Origin: Pasteurella multocida
Lineage (GTDB): Bacteria > Pseudomonadota > Gammaproteobacteria > Enterobacterales > Pasteurellaceae
Length of the DNA: 32,000 bases
Assembly (NCBI RefSeq): GCF_900187275.1
Contig: NZ_LT906458.1
Coordinates: forward strand, 300,001-332,000
Direction: 5' to 3'
Shown here: positions 26,558 to 32,000 of the stretch, piece after piece
Numbering within the stretch: position 1 is the stretch's first letter
Layout: every line of letters starts with the position of its first letter
Notes under the pieces: generated by a model
The model's database searches: none
Told to the model about the DNA's origin: nothing
Seen by the model: the letters and a program-made list of their open reading frames with translations, nothing else
Position numbers and translations under genes: made by a program

Positions 26558-28006
26558 ATGATTAATACTGTTAGTAATACCTTGCTCACGCCAAGCAATT
26601 TAACCCTCAATGACTTGCAAAATACCTTTGATTTGCTTTCGCACCGTCAGATTGATTATGCGGATCTCTATTTTCAATTAAGCCAAGATGAAAACTGGGT
26701 GTTAGAAGATGGGATTATCAAAGAAGGTGGATTCCATATTGATCGTGGTGTTGGTGTGCGGGCGGTGAGTGGCGAAAAAACAGGATTTGCCTATTCTGAC
26801 CAAATTGATTTAGTGAGTATCCAACAATGTGCTGATGCAGTGAAAGGGATTGCGCAGAGCAAACAAGGTAACCGCATTGTGCCACAAGGCTTCCATCAAG
26901 TTGATCCTATTTTGCGTTATCAGGCAATTAATCCATTAAACAGTTTAAGTAAAGAAAAGAAAATTGCGTTGTTGTATTTGGTGGATAAAATCGCACGCGC
27001 GGAAGATCCCCGAGTGACGCGTGTTTCTGCCAGTTTAAGCGCGGTGTATGAAGAAGTGCTGATAGTGGCTACTGACGGTACCTTAGCGGCAGATATTCGT
27101 CCTTTAGTACGTTTATCGATTTCAGTGCTGGTGGAACAAGACGGTAAACGTGAAAGAGGCAGTGCTGGCGCAGGTGGTCGTTTTGGCTTAGATTGGTTCT
27201 TAGCGACTGAAAGTGGTGAAGTGCGTGCAGTATATTTCGCGAAAGAAGCGGTGCGCCAAGCGTTGGTGAATTTAAGTGCGATTGCTGCACCGGCGGGCAT
27301 GATGCCAGTAGTGTTAGGCGCTGGTTGGCCTGGCGTGTTATTGCATGAAGCGGTTGGACATGGTTTAGAAGGGGATTTTAACCGTAAAGAAAGTTCGTTA
27401 TTTACTGGTAAAATTGGTGAACTTGTGACTTCGCCACTGTGTACTATTGTGGACGATGGCACGCTACAAGATCGCCGAGGTTCAATTACGGTGGACGATG
27501 AAGGGGTACCGGGTCAATATAACGTGCTAATTAAAGACGGCATTTTACAAGGCTATATGCAAGATAAAATGAATGCGCGCTTAATGGGCGTTGCACCAAC
27601 AGGTAACGGGCGTCGTGAATCCTATGCTCATTTGCCGATGCCACGAATGACCAACACCTATATGCTAGCAGGACAAAGCCAATTTGATGATCTGATCGCT
27701 TCCGTGGATCGTGGGATTTTTGCACCGCACTTTGGCGGTGGACAAGTGGACATTACCTCCGGCAAATTTGTGTTCTCCACCTCTGAAGCCTATTTAATTG
27801 AAAATGGTAAAATTACCAAGCCAGTAAAAGGGGCAACGTTGATTGGAAGTGGGATTGAAGTCATGCAAAACATTTCCATGGTGGCGGATAAGGTCGAAAT
27901 TGATCATGGTGTGGGCGTTTGCGGGAAAGAGGGACAAAGTGTGCCTGTCGGTGTAGGACAACCGGCGTTGAAGATCGATAAAATTACGGTGGGTGGCACA
28001 AATTAA
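26558..28006 (+). CDS. tldD: metalloprotease TldD
   Basis: 482 aa with the [11 protein letters not shown] zinc motif. It is nearly colinear with E. coli TldD ([40 protein letters not shown]). Confidence 0.96.
   Translation: MINTVSNTLLTPSNLTLNDLQNTFDLLSHRQIDYADLYFQLSQDENWVLEDGIIKEGGFHIDRGVGVRAVSGEKTGFAYSDQIDLVSIQQCADAVKGIAQSKQGNRIVPQGFHQVDPILRYQAINPLNSLSKEKKIALLYLVDKIARAEDPRVTRVSASLSAVYEEVLIVATDGTLAADIRPLVRLSISVLVEQDGKRERGSAGAGGRFGLDWFLATESGEVRAVYFAKEAVRQALVNLSAIAAPAGMMPVVLGAGWPGVLLHEAVGHGLEGDFNRKESSLFTGKIGELVTSPLCTIVDDGTLQDRRGSITVDDEGVPGQYNVLIKDGILQGYMQDKMNARLMGVAPTGNGRRESYAHLPMPRMTNTYMLAGQSQFDDLIASVDRGIFAPHFGGGQVDITSGKFVFSTSEAYLIENGKITKPVKGATLIGSGIEVMQNISMVADKVEIDHGVGVCGKEGQSVPVGVGQPALKIDKITVGGTN
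27724..27732 (-). repeat. uptake signal sequence core (ACCGCACTT on the plus strand)
   Basis: Exact 9-mer inside tldD. Confidence 0.9.
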
Positions 28007-28014
28007 TCAAAAAA

Positions 28015-28041
28015 ATCCAGATCAAACGGTCTGGATTTTTT
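28015..28041 (+). terminator. rho-independent terminator after tldD
   Basis: Stem ATCCAGA (28015-28021) pairs with TCTGGAT (28030-28036), followed by T6. Confidence 0.85.
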
Positions 28042-28046
28042 AGGCG

Positions 28047-28072
28047 CATAAATGAATATTTATTCATTTATG
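28047..28072. promoter_or_regulatory. ArgR operator (ARG box) within a perfect 12+12 bp palindrome
   Basis: CATAAATGAATA-tt-TATTCATTTATG. The inner 18-mer, AATGAATATTTATTCATT (28051-28068), fits wnTGAATwwwwATTCAnw at every specified position. It abuts a TTGACT -35 (28073-28078), with TATGCT at 17-nt spacing, upstream of argD. Confidence 0.7.
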
Positions 28073-28080
28073 TTGACTAA

Positions 28081-29331
<1,251 letters not shown>

Positions 29332-29336
29332 AGCCT

Positions 29337-29367
29337 AAAAAAGTGCCGCCATGTTATATGACGGCAC
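29337..29367 (-). terminator. rho-independent terminator after queH
   Basis: Stem GTGCCG (29343-29348) pairs with CGGCAC (29362-29367). On the minus strand the hairpin is followed by T6 (A-run 29337-29342 on the plus strand). Confidence 0.6.
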
Positions 29368-29386
29368 GATGGTTTACTTGGTTGTT

Positions 29387-30088
29387 TTAATCGGCGGAAT
29401 AATACAATTTGCCAATTTCAATTTTTTGGCGTCCGTTTGCTTCACGCCATTTATTCGTGTCACGCAAAGAATACACACAACCGCAATATTCTTGCTGGTA
29501 AAAACGTTCACGCTTACTGATTTCAATCATACGTTGTGAGCCACCACCTTTACGCCAGTTATAATCCCAATACACTACATCATCATATTTTTCGGCGGCA
29601 CGGTGTCCACAACCGTTGATTTGGTTCATGTCTTTCCAACGTGAAATACCTAAGCAGCTAGTAAATACGGGGAAACCATTGTTGTGTGCATATTCTGCGG
29701 CTTTTTCAAAACGCATATCAAAGCACATAGTGCAACGAATACCACGCTCTGGCTCATCTTCCATGCCTTTGGCACGGTCAAACCATTCTTGACGATCATA
29801 ATCGGCATCAATAAACGGAATGCCCCATTTTTCCGCAAAACGAATATTTTCTTCTTTACGAATGAGATATTCTTTTAATGGGTGAATGTTTGGGTTGTAG
29901 AAGTAAATAGTAAATTCAATACCTGAAGCATGAATTGCCTCCATTACTTCTCCCGAGCAAGGCGCACAACAAGAATGCAATAACAATTTGTTATGCCCAT
30001 TTGGTAGGGATAATTTTTCGCGTACAAAAGGCGCGTGAGGATCTTTGCCTTTGCGTGTTTTTTTCGTAGGGATGTTTTGTTCTGTCAT
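29387..30088 (-). CDS. queH: epoxyqueuosine reductase QueH (DUF208)
   Basis: 233 aa with [11 protein letters not shown] and the later Cys motifs ([14 protein letters not shown]) characteristic of the DUF208/QueH family. Confidence 0.82.
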   Translation of the reverse strand: MTEQNIPTKKTRKGKDPHAPFVREKLSLPNGHNKLLLHSCCAPCSGEVMEAIHASGIEFTIYFYNPNIHPLKEYLIRKEENIRFAEKWGIPFIDADYDRQEWFDRAKGMEDEPERGIRCTMCFDMRFEKAAEYAHNNGFPVFTSCLGISRWKDMNQINGCGHRAAEKYDDVVYWDYNWRKGGGSQRMIEISKRERFYQQEYCGCVYSLRDTNKWREANGRQKIEIGKLYYSAD

Positions 30089-30115
30089 TGTCGTGTTTAA
30101 AATTACTAAATAAAT

Positions 30116-30134
30116 GACCGCACTTTAGGCGGTC
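30116..30134 (-). terminator. USS-containing hairpin between ispB and queH (possible terminator or attenuator)
   Basis: Stem GACCGC (30116-30121) pairs with GCGGTC (30129-30134). On the minus strand it is followed by ATTTATTTAGTAATTTT. The USS core lies in the stem. Confidence 0.45.
30117..30125 (-). repeat. uptake signal sequence core (ACCGCACTT on the plus strand)
   Basis: Exact 9-mer in the ispB/queH spacer, forming part of a hairpin stem. Confidence 0.9.
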
Positions 30135-30166
30135 GTTACGCTAACATGTCTCGCCTTATTAAGTGG

Positions 30167-31159
30167 TTAATAAGCGCGATCGACGGATAAGTAAGCTAAT
30201 GAAATTAACGCTTGTTTATATTCATTTTCAGGCAATAATGCAATCGCATCAACGGCTTTTTGTGCTTCTTGTTTAGCGCGCATCATCGCATAGTCGAGGG
30301 ATTTATGTTCTGTCATAATTGTCAGTACATCCTCTAAAATATCACGCTTACCCCCTTGCTCAATCGCTTCGCGAATCAATTTTGCTTGTGCTGGATTGCC
30401 GTGATGCATGGCGTGTAATAACGGTAATGTTGGTTTACCTTCCGCTAAATCATCACCAATATTTTTGCCGAGTGCTTTTGCATCTGCACTATAATCTAAA
30501 ATATCATCGACTAATTGAAAAGCTGTGCCTAGATAACAACCATATTCGCGTAAAGCATTTTCTTGGGCTTCCGTCGCATGAGCAAGTATCGCGGCGCAAT
30601 GCGTCGCAGCTTCGAATAGACGCGCAGTCTTGCCATAAATGACTTGCATATAGTTTTCTTCCGTCGTATTCGGATCGTTGACATTCATTAATTGTTGCAC
30701 TTCACCTTCTGCAATGACATTGGTTGCATCTGACATCACTTTGAGAATACGTAAAGAATCCAATTGCGTCATTAATTGGAAAGCGCGAGTATAAATAAAA
30801 TCCCCCACTAACACACTTGCCGCATTACCAAATTCCGCGTTAGCTGTGGGATTGCCTCGTCGTAATGCAGATTCATCTACTACATCATCATGTAATAAAG
30901 TCGCGGTATGAATAAATTCAATAAAAGTGGCACAAGTAATCGGTTGTTCACCATGAAATCCCAGTGCACGTGCAGCCAAAATCGCAATCATCGGACGGAT
31001 ACGTTTTCCACCACTTTGGATGATATAATAACCCAATTGATTAATTAACGTGACATCAGAGTTAAGCTGAGCGAGAATTGTTTCATTGGTTTTTTGCATA
31101 TCACGATGAATGAGTTTTTGGATGTCATCAATACTCATTAAATTATGTTGCTTTGTCAT
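30167..31159 (-). CDS. ispB: octaprenyl-diphosphate synthase
   Basis: 330 aa with the first Asp-rich motif LLHDDVVDES and the second FQLVDDILDY. It is divergent from rplU-rpmA, as in E. coli. Confidence 0.95.
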   Translation of the reverse strand: MTKQHNLMSIDDIQKLIHRDMQKTNETILAQLNSDVTLINQLGYYIIQSGGKRIRPMIAILAARALGFHGEQPITCATFIEFIHTATLLHDDVVDESALRRGNPTANAEFGNAASVLVGDFIYTRAFQLMTQLDSLRILKVMSDATNVIAEGEVQQLMNVNDPNTTEENYMQVIYGKTARLFEAATHCAAILAHATEAQENALREYGCYLGTAFQLVDDILDYSADAKALGKNIGDDLAEGKPTLPLLHAMHHGNPAQAKLIREAIEQGGKRDILEDVLTIMTEHKSLDYAMMRAKQEAQKAVDAIALLPENEYKQALISLAYLSVDRAY

Positions 31160-31273
31160 TTGTAATAATGGATTTTTAGACTGAATGTGAAAGGGATTGT
31201 ACCCAATTTTCTGCGATTTCTGAAATTAAATCACACAAAATCATAATTTTTTTACTTTATTGTAAATAAGCTC

Positions 31274-31302
31274 TTGCTCTTAAGTTATTTTTTGCGTAGA
31301 AT
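31274..31302 (+). promoter_or_regulatory. candidate sigma70 promoter of rplU-rpmA
   Basis: TTGCTC (31274-31279), a 17-nt spacer, then TAGAAT (31297-31302). It is followed by a GC-rich discriminator-like TTGCGACC, typical of growth-rate-controlled promoters. Confidence 0.5.
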
Positions 31303-31377
31303 TTGCGACCTATTTATATGAATTTTTGAAGTGCTAAATGAACAAAAACATGAAAGCACTAGTATAGCGGAGTATAT

Positions 31378-31689
31378 ATGTACGCAGTTTTTCAAAGTGG
31401 CGGTAAACAACACCGAGTAAGCGAAGGACAAGTAGTTCGTTTAGAAAAACTTGAAGTTGCAACTGGTGAAACAGTTGAGTTTGACTCAGTGTTAATGATC
31501 GTTAACGGTGAAGATGTTAAAATTGGTGCCCCAGTTGTTGCTGGTGGTAAAGTGGTGGCAGAAGTTGTTGCACACGGTCGTGGCGATAAAGTAAAAATCG
31601 TTAAGTTCCGTCGTCGTAAACATAGCCGTAAACAACAAGGTCATCGTCAGTGGTTCACAGAAGTGAAAATCACTGGGATTCAAGCATAA
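31378..31689 (+). CDS. rplU: 50S ribosomal protein L21
   Basis: 103 aa starting [18 protein letters not shown], with a GGAG Shine-Dalgarno upstream. Confidence 0.98.
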   Translation: MYAVFQSGGKQHRVSEGQVVRLEKLEVATGETVEFDSVLMIVNGEDVKIGAPVVAGGKVVAEVVAHGRGDKVKIVKFRRRKHSRKQQGHRQWFTEVKITGIQA

Positions 31690-31709
31690 TTTCAGAGGAG
31701 ATCAAGTAG

Positions 31710-31967
<258 letters not shown>

Positions 31968-32000
31968 TTTCAAATTTAGAAATAGAAAAACGCCTCGCAC

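Noticed and set aside
26920-27462. 180-aa minus-strand ORF inside tldD
   Set aside because: It lies entirely within the strongly supported tldD gene. Its Pro/Ser/Ala/Thr-rich composition is typical of an antisense frame, and no motif is present.

Overview
This window is a core-chromosome segment of a Pasteurellaceae genome. The main support is 15 exact Hin-type uptake signal sequence cores (AAGTGCGGT / ACCGCACTT) in 32 kb, where fewer than one is expected by chance. Gene content and protein sequences look Haemophilus/Aggregatibacter-like; I cannot name the species without a search.

I call 28 intact protein genes, one partial gene and one disrupted gene:
- iscS (3' end)-iscU-iscA-hscB-hscA-fdx on the plus strand.
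- mtgA, trpR, slt, then yciI, yciA, yciB, yciC on the minus strand.
- ompW, recN, nadK, grpE, tcyP.
- A frameshifted Hgp/TbpA-family TonB-dependent receptor.
- mnmC, fabB, cmoB, putP, rng, tldD, argD, queH, ispB, rplU-rpmA.

I saw no rRNA, tRNA, CRISPR array, IS element, phage gene or defence gene.

I did not find a novel multi-gene system. Every long ORF that is not an antisense shadow belongs to a well-known family, and the intergenic regions are short. The only accessory-looking locus is the receptor pseudogene at 15.3-18.4 kb. It is AT-rich, lies in a stretch without USS, lacks the CCAA repeat tract of H. influenzae hgp genes, and has a candidate Fur box.

The other points worth a second look are regulatory sites readable directly from the sequence:
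- A perfect ARG box upstream of argD.
- An FNR box upstream of ompW.
- Tandem LexA boxes at recN, one with an odd 9-nt spacer.
- A TrpR-like operator inside the slt 3' end.
- A FadR-like half site upstream of fabB.
- Operon-architecture oddities: a long USS-bearing iscS-iscU spacer, no iscX, a trpR/mtgA overlap, putP-cmoB coupling, and rng directly next to tldD.

All functional calls rest on my recognition of motifs and remembered homologues, not on database searches.
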